This document shows, in pieces, positions 30,785 through 39,586 of a stretch of 64,000 nt of DNA (within the stretch, counting starts at the first letter, position 1; every line of letters begins with the position of its first letter). The DNA is from Longimicrobiales bacterium (GTDB lineage Bacteria; Gemmatimonadota; Gemmatimonadetes; Longimicrobiales; Gaopeijiaceae): the NCBI GenBank assembly GCA_965116905.1, contig OZ220732.1:3616001-3680000 (forward strand), in the 5' to 3' direction. A program made the position numbers and the translations under genes. Under the pieces are notes generated by a model, which saw only the letters and a program-made list of their open reading frames with translations, was not told the origin of the DNA and ran no database searches.

Positions 30785-30854
30785 TATCCCCTGTTATCCC
30801 ACTCTATCCCACGCTAATACACTCGCCCCCCCTTTCGCAATACCAAATCCCACT
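30785..30854 (-). promoter_or_regulatory. dcw promoter with MraZ-binding direct repeats
   Basis: Minus strand reads GTGGGATA, GTGGGATA, AGGGGATA at a 10-bp period, with one more GTGGGA upstream; candidate TTGCGA-N18-TAGCGT promoter; GGAG SD. Confidence 0.8.
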
Positions 30855-30883
30855 CGTCCGTGCCTTGATCCCCGTTTTGGGGC

Positions 30884-30923
30884 AAAAAAAGGGCGCCGCG
30901 GGCTCAAACGGCCCGCGGCGCCC
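30884..30923 (-). terminator. Rho-independent terminator after the TPR gene
   Basis: 13-bp stem GGGCGCCGCGGGC/GCCCGCGGCGCCC, 7-nt loop, then T7 on the minus strand. Confidence 0.9.
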
Positions 30924-30949
30924 CCGTCGAGCGCCTACGGCGAGCGGAT

Positions 30950-32698
30950 TCAGCGCCCTCTCTGAATGATCGCTTCCTGGATCTCGATATACTGCTGCGT
31001 GGCGTCCTTGAACTGCTGCAATCCGATGGCGTTGGCTTCGGCGTAGGACGCAACCCTCGGAAGCGCGAAGAGCCGCGCCGACTGCTGGAACTTGGGCAGC
31101 GTCAACTGCGCGGTCTCCAGGGTCTGCGGCCGCTCCTGCTCCAGTGCCTGGTTGAAGAGTGAGAAGCCGTGCCAGAAGTCCAGCTGTCCCCTCGTGCCGT
31201 CGTTGACCTCGTTCTCGAAGGACTTGGCGAGACCGATGACGCGCAGGGCGTGTCCCCAATCCTTCGGGACGACACCCTTCGAGTGCGCGTTGGCCAGGAG
31301 CAGGACCGCCATGGCGTCGGCGGTCTGCTCGCCCTTCTCGACCGCCTCCTGCAGGAAGCCCAGCGCCTCGTCCTCCTGGCCGACCTCAAGCAGCCAGGAG
31401 CCCTGCCGCGCCTTGACGTTGGCGAAACCCGGATCCCGCGTCTCCACCTCGTTCAGCGCCGCGATCGCGTCCTCGACGCGCTCCGCCCGCTTGAGGACAT
31501 CCGCGTAACGGGACCAGAGCGAGGCGTCGTCTCCGTGCGTTTCGAGCGCGCGCGACGCCATGTCGATCGCGTCCTGGAGCTGATCCAGTTCCATGTAGCC
31601 GGCGATCATGGTGAGCACGTGGCTCACCTCCATCTCGTCCCCCTGCACCGCATACACGGACTCGTACGAGCCGATCGCCTTGCGATAGAGTTCGGCAGCG
31701 TCGGCGGCAAGCGAGGCCCCGGGCTCCGCGGTGCTCGTGATGTCCTGCGCGGCGCGGGTCGCGAAGGCGGCATGCCGAAGCAACAGTTCCACGTCGTTCG
31801 CGTCGATCGCGAGACCCTCCTCCGTCAGGAGCATCGCACCCTCGACGTCACCGGCCTGGGCCAGGTCATAGGCGATCTGCATCCGTACGCGCGCGTCACC
31901 CGGATTCAATGCGAGGTAGGCCGAATAGTGCTCCCGGGCCTCATCGTTCCGTTCCAGGTTGGCCGCCACGTACCCGGCGAGCTGAAGCGCGCCCTCGTGC
32001 AGCGGGTCCGCCTCGATCACCTTCAGGGTCTCGTCGTACGCTTCCGCGAGCCGTTCGGTCTGGAAGAGGACGTTGGCGTAGACGAATCTGACCTGCGAGT
32101 TGCCCGGGTTCATTTCGAGCGCGGACGTACAGGTTCTTTCGGCCCCTTCCCAATCCTTGGACTGGTAGTAGTCGCCGCAGAACTGTGCCGTGCGGAGCTG
32201 GCCGACGTAGGTCTCGAACTCGCCGGCGATCTCCTGGGCCGCAACTTCGTCGTCGTCCTTGTGCCAGGTCTTGTCCTCGATCATGAAGGAGGGCCCGCCG
32301 GGGGCGGCGAACTGGATCCCCTGGAGCGAGAAGGTGTCGGCGTCCTTGTCCTCGGTGTAGGTGCCGCAGAACACCACGTTCGCGTTGATCTGAGCGGCAA
32401 GCTGCAGCGACCGGACGCAGTCCAGGTCCTCCATGTCGAGGTCGAACCTGTCGGCCGCGTCCCTGATCTCCTTCTCGTCCACCGGCTGGTGGGTGCCGAA
32501 CTGGTTGATCAGGTCCCGCAACTCCTCGGCCAGGTCCTTGCCGAAGTCATCGTCGGCGTCGTCGAGGGGCATCAGGTTGGTCACCATCACCCTGAAACGC
32601 TCGGACACCTGGGCGCTCGCCGGCGCCGAAAGCAGGGGCCCGAAGAGCAGAACGAGCGCGCCCGTTGCGACAATCCCGATCCGTAGCCAACTCCTCAT
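30950..32698 (-). CDS. Exported tetratricopeptide-repeat protein
   Basis: Signal peptide ending ASAQ; repeated TPR-like helices (ALEMNP, VIEADP, YLALNP). Confidence 0.8.
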   Translation of the reverse strand: MRSWLRIGIVATGALVLLFGPLLSAPASAQVSERFRVMVTNLMPLDDADDDFGKDLAEELRDLINQFGTHQPVDEKEIRDAADRFDLDMEDLDCVRSLQLAAQINANVVFCGTYTEDKDADTFSLQGIQFAAPGGPSFMIEDKTWHKDDDEVAAQEIAGEFETYVGQLRTAQFCGDYYQSKDWEGAERTCTSALEMNPGNSQVRFVYANVLFQTERLAEAYDETLKVIEADPLHEGALQLAGYVAANLERNDEAREHYSAYLALNPGDARVRMQIAYDLAQAGDVEGAMLLTEEGLAIDANDVELLLRHAAFATRAAQDITSTAEPGASLAADAAELYRKAIGSYESVYAVQGDEMEVSHVLTMIAGYMELDQLQDAIDMASRALETHGDDASLWSRYADVLKRAERVEDAIAALNEVETRDPGFANVKARQGSWLLEVGQEDEALGFLQEAVEKGEQTADAMAVLLLANAHSKGVVPKDWGHALRVIGLAKSFENEVNDGTRGQLDFWHGFSLFNQALEQERPQTLETAQLTLPKFQQSARLFALPRVASYAEANAIGLQQFKDATQQYIEIQEAIIQRGR

Positions 32699-32822
32699 GT
32701 TTCCTCTCTTCTCGATGGTAAGTCCGCAGGACTCTCCGCATGCCGCGACGCACCGCCAACTGCGCCGGGCGGACAACCGCACACAATACGGCAACCGCTG
32801 GGCCGTCGCCAGAGCGTCGCAG

Positions 32823-32872
32823 ACTCAGTGGGAAGACTGAGTAATGTACGAATCCATTTCCGTCAAGGTCAA
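32823..32872 (-). promoter_or_regulatory. Sigma70-like promoter with an adjacent inverted repeat
   Basis: Minus strand TTGACC-N18-TACATT, immediately followed by ACTCAGT-N6-ACTGAGT. Confidence 0.55.
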
Positions 32873-32909
32873 CATGAGTTTTACATCGGGTCGCCGCAAA
32901 AAGATCCCA

Positions 32910-34001
32910 TCAGCCGCGGCGAATGGTCACGCCCCCGGAGCCCGTGTCGATCACGACGGTTCCCTCGCCGTCGCCCACGGACCCCCGGAAGTACCGCCGC
33001 TTTGAGGTCTCCACTACCCGGTCGGGGATATCGACGCTGATTCCGCCACTGCCGGTATCCAACTCCAGCTCGGCCCCGAAATCGGACGGCACCGCCACCG
33101 ACACGCTGCCGGAACCCGTGTCCACGACCAGCCTGTCCACGTCGGACAGCATGCCGAGGTACACCGAGCCGCTGCCGGTGTCGCACTCGACGTCCGCGGC
33201 GGTCAGCCCCTCGATCCGGATGCCTCCGGAGCCCGTGTCCACGTGCAGTTCCGCGACCGAGACGTTGCTGCCGGCCACCCTGCCCGACCCCGTGTCTGCG
33301 GTCAGCCGGTCCCCACGGATGTCCTCCAGGCCGATCGAACCGGAACCGGTGTCCGCGGTCACGTCGCCCTCCACCTCCGCGATCGTCACCGAGCCGGATC
33401 CCGTGTCGACGTCGACGTCTCCCACGATGTCGGCGACTTCGACGCCTCCGGAAGCGGTCCGGAACGAGAGATCCGATGCGAGTCCGTTGGCACTTCCCGA
33501 CCCGGCCGCCAGGTAGATGGCCACGCTGACCCCTTCCGGCACGCGAACGACCATGTCGGCGTACGCTTCCAGCCCCCGGCCACGTCCCGAAATCCTCACT
33601 TCGTCCCCGTCCCAAAGGCCGCCGAAGGACCTGTTGCGAAAGAACGTCCCGTCGTCCCGCACGCGGATGGTTGTATTCGAACGTCCCATCCGCTCGTACA
33701 CGACACGGTCCTCCGGGTAGATGACGCGCAGGGCCTCGGCGTCTCCCAGGCGCCCGACCTCCACCTGGAGACGGGCACGGTCGGCGCCCCCGCGATCGAT
33801 GTCGACCTGCACCTGGCTCCCCCGCCCCCGTACGACCTCGACTTCGCCCGCGAGGTTGTAGATCGCAACGCGACCGCCGTCCACCCGGTAGGTCTCCTGC
33901 GCGAGCAACGCGGGAGCCGGCGCGAGCCCTCCGGCGAGCAGTATCGTCGGCAGGGCGAATCTTGCCCCGCGGAACGCGAGTGCGACTTTCCTCGTATTCA
34001 T
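32910..34001 (-). CDS. DUF4097-like beta-strand repeat (putative adhesin) protein
   Basis: Signal peptide and many DTGSG repeats about 19-21 aa apart. Confidence 0.8.
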   Translation of the reverse strand: MNTRKVALAFRGARFALPTILLAGGLAPAPALLAQETYRVDGGRVAIYNLAGEVEVVRGRGSQVQVDIDRGGADRARLQVEVGRLGDAEALRVIYPEDRVVYERMGRSNTTIRVRDDGTFFRNRSFGGLWDGDEVRISGRGRGLEAYADMVVRVPEGVSVAIYLAAGSGSANGLASDLSFRTASGGVEVADIVGDVDVDTGSGSVTIAEVEGDVTADTGSGSIGLEDIRGDRLTADTGSGRVAGSNVSVAELHVDTGSGGIRIEGLTAADVECDTGSGSVYLGMLSDVDRLVVDTGSGSVSVAVPSDFGAELELDTGSGGISVDIPDRVVETSKRRYFRGSVGDGEGTVVIDTGSGGVTIRRG

Positions 34002-34113
34002 TCCCAGTATCCTTGTTGGGGTGCCGCGCGCCACCCGGTCACCGCGACCACGGGGCGACAGAGGGACCTACGCTCGGAGCACCGCGAAAGTTTTACGGCC
34101 GAAAGGAGTCACC

Positions 34114-34440
34114 ATGCAGGTACTGCCCATCGACTTCGTAGCGCTCGTCTCGGTCATCATGGGGGTCTCGATCGTGCTGGTCCCCGTGATCGGTTTGACG
34201 GCTCGATACGCGCTCAAGCCCATCGTCGAAGCGCTCGGACGCTACTTCGAGGGACAGGGGACGCAGGAGTCCATCAAGATCGTCGAACGGCGGCTCGGTC
34301 TGCTCGAAGCACAGCTCGACGAGTTGCAGGGATCGCTCAACCGCCTCGTGGATGCCTCGGAGTTCGACGCGCAACTGCGCGCGGCCGACCGGGAACACGC
34401 GCTTCCCCCGGGCTCGGAGGCGGACGAGGAGCCGTCCTAG
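34114..34440 (+). CDS. Small membrane-anchored coiled-coil protein
   Basis: AAGGAG SD, one TM helix, then a heptad region. Confidence 0.7.
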   Translation: MQVLPIDFVALVSVIMGVSIVLVPVIGLTARYALKPIVEALGRYFEGQGTQESIKIVERRLGLLEAQLDELQGSLNRLVDASEFDAQLRAADREHALPPGSEADEEPS

Positions 34441-34495
34441 CAGGCCCGGATGCATCGCCGTTCGAATGCCGGGGGGATTTTGTCCGCGGGCTCCC

Positions 34496-35635
34496 CTAGA
34501 CCTTGATGAAGATCCTGCGGGCGTACATCGCCCACAGCACCGCAAGCCAGAGGAGCACCGTCGCGAGCGCGAACGCCAGGGACCCGTTGAGCGGACCGGC
34601 CCACGAGGCGAAGCCGACCTCGTAGATCCGTTGGTACAACGACGTGGTTCGGTCGCCCGGCCCGGCCGGCACCCTGCTCAGGACCAGCGCCTTGGCGACG
34701 AGCCCCGACGCGACGAAGACGGTGATCGCGTTCATCCCGTACACGACGAGCGGTTTGGCCCAGACGCGCCAGCCCCGCACATCGATCAGCCAGTACAGGG
34801 ACGCGAGCGCCACGAGGGCCCACCCGGTCGTGAACAGCACGTACGAACTGGTCCACAGCGGCTTGTTGATCGGGAACACGGCGTCCCAGGCGAGTCCGGC
34901 CAGGATCAGCACGGCTCCGGCCGCGGCAAGACGGAGCACGGGTCCGAGGCCGTGGTCCGCGGCGGCCCGCCGGGCGCGCAGCCAGTCTCCAGCGAAGAGC
35001 CCCGAAAGCGTGGTCGACACGGCCGGGAGCGTGCTGAGCAGGCCTTCGGGATCGTAGACGCCCCCGCCCCCGCTCCACATGTGCACGCCGAGGATCATGC
35101 GGTCGAGGTGCGCGGCGAGGTTGCCCTCGGGCGACAGGTCACCGGGACCGAACCCCGGGACGGGCACCCACGCCATGAGGGCCCAGTACCCGAACAATAA
35201 CGCGAGCATGACGGCGCCGACGGCCCGCCGGGACAGGCACAGAACCAGTGTGCCCACGACCAGGTAGACCAGGGCGATGCGCGCGAGCACCCCGACGAGC
35301 CGAACGGTTGCGAGGTCGAAGCCGGGAAAGGCCGCCATGAAGAGGCCGAGCCCGTAGATGATGAGGGCGCGCCGCGCGACGTGGGTCCAGAGGTCCCGAC
35401 GCGAGTCTCCCCTTGCCGTCCGCGCCGCGAAGGAGAAGGACAGCGACACGCCGACAGCGAAGAGGAAGAAGGGGAAGACGAGGTCGGTCGGCGTGGCGCC
35501 GTGCCAGGGCGCGTGCCTGAGGGGGCCGTATACGTGCGACCAGCTCCCCGGGTTGTTGACGAGGATCATGCCGGCGACGGCCAGTCCCCGGAAGGCGTCG
35601 AGGGACGCGAGGCGCCCGGGCCGCGGCGTGGTCAA
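34496..35635 (-). CDS. HGSNAT/NagX-like (DUF5009) membrane acetyltransferase
   Basis: RLASLDAFRG, DLVFPFFLF, DPEGLLST and PINKPLWTSSY; the TTG start overlaps the mobAB stop. Confidence 0.88.
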   Translation of the reverse strand: MTTPRPGRLASLDAFRGLAVAGMILVNNPGSWSHVYGPLRHAPWHGATPTDLVFPFFLFAVGVSLSFSFAARTARGDSRRDLWTHVARRALIIYGLGLFMAAFPGFDLATVRLVGVLARIALVYLVVGTLVLCLSRRAVGAVMLALLFGYWALMAWVPVPGFGPGDLSPEGNLAAHLDRMILGVHMWSGGGGVYDPEGLLSTLPAVSTTLSGLFAGDWLRARRAAADHGLGPVLRLAAAGAVLILAGLAWDAVFPINKPLWTSSYVLFTTGWALVALASLYWLIDVRGWRVWAKPLVVYGMNAITVFVASGLVAKALVLSRVPAGPGDRTTSLYQRIYEVGFASWAGPLNGSLAFALATVLLWLAVLWAMYARRIFIKV

Positions 35636-36741
35636 AGCAGCGCCTCCTCCGCCACGTCGGCAACGCGCGCCGCCACGTCGGCGGCATCCGGATGCAGTAC
35701 CGGCACGGACCACGGCAGGTCGCGGCGATCCGTGACCACCGCGAGAACTCCCCTCTTCTCCGCTTCTTCCGGTCCCAGCACCGGCTCAGGCTGCGCCTCC
35801 GAGCGGAAGATCTCCACCTTGGGCAGCTCCTCATGGCGATATCCTTCGACGACCACGATCTCGGCCTCTGCCAGGTGACGGCACAGAAGGAGGTCGAGGG
35901 GCGGCTCGACATCGGTCTCCCAGCCACCCATCAGCGCGAACTCGTCCGGGCCGGCGAGCAGCACGCGTTCCGCGCCGCCCTCGTGCCGGTGGCGCCAGGA
36001 ATCCGTGCCGGGCGTGTCCAGCCGAAAGTGGTGACCGTGCTTGACGGACATCACCCTGCGGCCGCGGCGCGCCAGTTCGGCGATCACCGCGACGGTCAGC
36101 GTGGTCTTGCCCGAGTTCTTGTTGCCGACGATGGAGAACGCGGGGGGCGGCAGGTCCCCCGGCCGGTTGACGCTGCGGAAGCGGGCGGCCGCCACGCCCG
36201 TGTCCACCACCACCGGGCTCAGGGACTCCGCGAACGCCCCGGCCTTGCGCTGGCCCCGCCGCAGCGCGTACTCGAGGGTGCCCAGCGAGGAGACGGGATA
36301 GACCGCCGTCAGAGGCTCGAAGCCCCACGGCGGGCCCGCCTCGGCCGCGCAGGCCCTGCCGTGCAACCGCCACTGCTCGGCGAGGCGTACGAGCGCCTTC
36401 TTTGGTACCCACGGTGTGTCGACCGCCAGCACCATGACCCCCTCGCTGCCCAGCTCCGCCGCACGCACGCCTGCCGCGTGCAACCCCCCGAGGGGACCCG
36501 CGTTCGCCATGCAGTCCGGGAACACCCCGGCCGTGGAGCGCACCGCACCGGCCACGCGCGCGTCGTTGGCCGACACCTCCACACGGTCGCACACCGCGCC
36601 AAGCCGCTCCACCGCGACCCGCCACAGGGGCCTGGCGTGCAGCGTGGCCAGCGCCTTGGGCGACCCGAAGCGGCGGCTCTCGCCACCCGCCAGGACGACC
36701 CCGAGCAGCGGCCGTCCGTCGCGACCGGCGCGCTCGCTCAC
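35632..36741 (-). CDS. mobAB: Fused molybdenum cofactor guanylyltransferase MobA-MobB
   Basis: LAGGESRRFG and GPLGG (MobA); GNKNSGKTT, KHGHH, DTPGTDS and VEGY (MobB). Confidence 0.9.
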   Translation of the reverse strand: MSERAGRDGRPLLGVVLAGGESRRFGSPKALATLHARPLWRVAVERLGAVCDRVEVSANDARVAGAVRSTAGVFPDCMANAGPLGGLHAAGVRAAELGSEGVMVLAVDTPWVPKKALVRLAEQWRLHGRACAAEAGPPWGFEPLTAVYPVSSLGTLEYALRRGQRKAGAFAESLSPVVVDTGVAAARFRSVNRPGDLPPPAFSIVGNKNSGKTTLTVAVIAELARRGRRVMSVKHGHHFRLDTPGTDSWRHRHEGGAERVLLAGPDEFALMGGWETDVEPPLDLLLCRHLAEAEIVVVEGYRHEELPKVEIFRSEAQPEPVLGPEEAEKRGVLAVVTDRRDLPWSVPVLHPDAADVAARVADVAEEALL

Positions 36742-37634
36742 TGCTCCGCTCCGTCCCCCCGCACGATCCTGTCTCTACCGGAGTAGACGTTGTAGCCGTC
36801 CCGGTTCGCGAATCCGACCAGGGTCATGTTGAAGCGTCGGGCAAAGGCGACCGCGAGGCTGGACGGCGCCCCCACGGCGACCACCACGGGAAGACCCGCC
36901 ATGGCAGCCTTTTGAAGGATCTCGAACGACGACCGGCCCGACACGACCAGACCCAGGTGCGATCCCGGGAGCGAGCGCGACAGCAGGAGCGCGCCGATCA
37001 CCTTGTCGACGGCGTTGTGGCGGCCGATATCCTCTCGGGCCACGGTGATCTGCCCGCCGTGGTCGAAGAGCCCGGCGGCGTGCAGTCCTCCGGTGCGCTC
37101 GAAGGTCCTCTGCAGCGATCGCAGCCTGTCCGGCAGAGCGCGGAGTTCGTCTTCGCCAATGGCAAAGGTGCCGTCGGCAACCGGCTGGCACCCCATGACC
37201 TCGACGGCCTCCAGCGACGCCTTCCCGCACACGCCGCACGACGAGGTGACGTAGAAGTTGCGCGTCAGGCTGGTGGCGTCGAATGCGGCCGGGTCCCGCA
37301 CCGCGGCGGTCACCACATTGTATTCCTGCGGTTCCACGTTTCGGCAGTAGCGGATGTCCGCGACGGCCGCCGGGTCGATGACCACGCCCTCGGTAAAGAG
37401 GAAGCCCGCGGCGAGTTCGAAGTCCTCCCCAGGGGTCCTCATCGTCACGGAAACCGGGTGTTCCCGAACTCCTTCGTCGCCCGGGACCTCCAACCGCACC
37501 TCCATCGGCTCCTCCACGGCCACGCTGTCGCCGCGTGTCGAGAAGCGGCCATCGCGCATGCGCCCCACACGCACCCGGGCGGCTCTGCGACGAGAACCAC
37601 CCGGAACGCTTCGGCTTGCGCGGCCCTGGGTCAT
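36738..37634 (-). CDS. fdhD: Formate dehydrogenase sulfurtransferase FdhD
   Basis: TMRTPG, SSCGVCG, TGGLHAA and EDIGRHNAVDK. Confidence 0.95.
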   Translation of the reverse strand: MTQGRASRSVPGGSRRRAARVRVGRMRDGRFSTRGDSVAVEEPMEVRLEVPGDEGVREHPVSVTMRTPGEDFELAAGFLFTEGVVIDPAAVADIRYCRNVEPQEYNVVTAAVRDPAAFDATSLTRNFYVTSSCGVCGKASLEAVEVMGCQPVADGTFAIGEDELRALPDRLRSLQRTFERTGGLHAAGLFDHGGQITVAREDIGRHNAVDKVIGALLLSRSLPGSHLGLVVSGRSSFEILQKAAMAGLPVVVAVGAPSSLAVAFARRFNMTLVGFANRDGYNVYSGRDRIVRGDGAEQ

Positions 37635-37833
37635 TGCGGTTCCTTCCGTTCGGTCCCTTCGGTGTCGCCAAATGTTTCCTGCAACTATTATGTAGAGCCC
37701 GCGGGAATTCCGCGAAAGTCACCCGGTCGCGGACACCGGCCGACCCGCGCACGGGCCCGCCGACGGACCCGCCGAACTCGCACCAGCCCGCCAACGGACC
37801 CCGAACCTTCCCCCCAACGCAAGCTCAGCCCGG

Positions 37834-39582
37834 ATGCCCAACCCGACGGACGAAGTCCTCATCGCTCGCTGGAAGGACGAACCGGCTCCCCTGCTGCCAC
37901 TGCTCCATGCCTTTCACGAGCGCGACGGGTACCTGTCGGAGCAAGCGCTGCGGGCGGTGTCGAAGGGGCTGCGCATCCCGCTGGCGGACCTCTTCGGGAC
38001 CGTCACCTTCTACCACCACTTTTCCCGGGTGGAGGGAGGAGCCGAAAGGCCCCGGGTGTGCGATGGACCGGTCTGCAGCATGCGCGGCTCCGATGTCCTG
38101 ATCGCCAGCCTCCGGGCCGCCGGACACGACCCGCACACGATGCCCTGCCCCGGCAGGTGCGACCAGCCGGTGCCGGTGATCCACGGACGAACGGTCCTGA
38201 CGGGCACGACCGCGGGCAGCCTGGTGACCGGGCCGTCGCCACTGCCGGCCCCCTCACCCGCAGGGGTCGAGGAATGCGTCTTCGCGGGGATCCGCGACGC
38301 CGGGCGCGCCACCCTGGACGGATACCGCGCGCAGGGCGGATACGAGGCACTGACGGGGGCGGTCACGGGAAAGACGCCCGACGAGGTGATCGGCATCGTG
38401 GACAACAGCGGCCTGGCCGGCCGCGGCGGCGCCTGCTTCCCGACCGGCCGGAAGTGGCGCGCGGTCGCCGAAGCCTCCGGCACGCCGAAGACGATCGTCT
38501 GCAACGCCGACGAAGGCGAGCCCGGCTGCTTCAAGGACCGCCTGCTCATGGATCACGACCCCCACGCGCTGGTCGAGGGGATGGCCATCGCGGCCTACGC
38601 GACGGGCGCGGAGCGCGGCTTCATCTACCTGCGCTACGAATACCCCGAGACGCTGGATATCCTGGAGGGCGCGATCGCGGAGGCGGTGGGGGCCGGCCTG
38701 ATCGGCGACGCAGTCCTGGGGACCGGCTTCTCGTTCGACCTTGTGGTGCGGCGCGGAGCCGGAGCCTACATCTGCGGCGAAGAGACATCCCTGCTCAATT
38801 CGCTGGAGGGCAAGCATCCGTTTCCCAGGAACCGCCCCCCCTTTCCCGTCACGCACGGCTACGAGGATCTTCCGACGGTCGTCAACAACGTGGAGACGCT
38901 GGCCTCGGTACCCCCCATTCTGTTGCGCGGCGCGGAGTGGTACCAGGACCTGGGACTCGGGGATCACGCGGGCACGAAGGTGATCAGCCTGTCGGGCGAC
39001 GTTGCGCGGCCGGGAAACTACGAAGTCCCCATCGGGCTGCCTCTCATGGAGCTGCTCGACGGCTGGGCAGGGGGACCTCTGCCGGGACGCTCCATCCAGG
39101 CCGTCACCATGGCGGGCCTGTCCGGGGGCTTTCTGGCGGGACCCGACCTGGACGTCACGCTCGACGAGCCCTCGATCCGGTCCCGGGGCAGCTTCCTGGG
39201 CGCGGGCGGGATCATGGTGTTCGACGACTCGCGCGACATGATCCGGGTCACCCGCGAATCGATGGAGTTCTTCGCCGAGGAGTCGTGCGGGAAGTGCTTT
39301 CCCTGCCGGATCGGCTGTCAGCGTCTGGTGGAGCGGCTGGACGGCGATGGACCGCGCACGGTGGACGCATGGGTGGACGAGGTGAGCGACCTGAACGAGG
39401 TCATGAAAAAGACGAGCGCGTGCGGACTTGGACAGGCCGCGCCCTTGCTTACGGAGAGCCTGATCCGTTATTTCCCGGACCGGATCCGCGCGCACGTGGG
39501 GGACCCGCAGGCCCATGGGGAAGCGCAGGCCCATGGGGACGCGCCAGGGCCCGCAGCGGGCGAGCGTCCAAGGAAGGGGTGA
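37834..39582 (+). CDS. Fused NuoE-NuoF-like (FdsG-FdsB) diaphorase subunit of an NAD-linked FDH
   Basis: TFYHHF and CDGPVC...CPGRC (2Fe-2S); GRGGACFPTG, NADEGEPG, GAGAYICGEET and ESCGKCFPCRIG. Confidence 0.9.
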   Translation: MPNPTDEVLIARWKDEPAPLLPLLHAFHERDGYLSEQALRAVSKGLRIPLADLFGTVTFYHHFSRVEGGAERPRVCDGPVCSMRGSDVLIASLRAAGHDPHTMPCPGRCDQPVPVIHGRTVLTGTTAGSLVTGPSPLPAPSPAGVEECVFAGIRDAGRATLDGYRAQGGYEALTGAVTGKTPDEVIGIVDNSGLAGRGGACFPTGRKWRAVAEASGTPKTIVCNADEGEPGCFKDRLLMDHDPHALVEGMAIAAYATGAERGFIYLRYEYPETLDILEGAIAEAVGAGLIGDAVLGTGFSFDLVVRRGAGAYICGEETSLLNSLEGKHPFPRNRPPFPVTHGYEDLPTVVNNVETLASVPPILLRGAEWYQDLGLGDHAGTKVISLSGDVARPGNYEVPIGLPLMELLDGWAGGPLPGRSIQAVTMAGLSGGFLAGPDLDVTLDEPSIRSRGSFLGAGGIMVFDDSRDMIRVTRESMEFFAEESCGKCFPCRIGCQRLVERLDGDGPRTVDAWVDEVSDLNEVMKKTSACGLGQAAPLLTESLIRYFPDRIRAHVGDPQAHGEAQAHGDAPGPAAGERPRKG

Positions 39583-39586
39583 CACG

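Noticed and set aside
32745..32820. 76-nt segment with a 7-bp closing stem, tRNA-sized
   Set aside because: No T-loop (TTCRA), no proper anticodon arm and no CCA on either strand; it is not a tRNA or selC.
81..33000. Many long plus-strand ORFs (for example 81..1322, 1323..2879, 8065..9663, 25380..27551, 31169..32686)
   Set aside because: They are antisense shadows of clear minus-strand genes; high GC3 suppresses stops, and they show no recognisable motifs.
32910..33500. DTGSG repeats as a novel repeat element
   Set aside because: They are the expected protein-level repeats of DUF4097-like beta-solenoids.
37834..39582. NuoE/NuoF as part of respiratory complex I or an electron-bifurcating enzyme
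   Set aside because: No other nuo genes are nearby, it is coupled to FDH, and it lacks the bifurcation-type motifs and extra ferredoxin domain.
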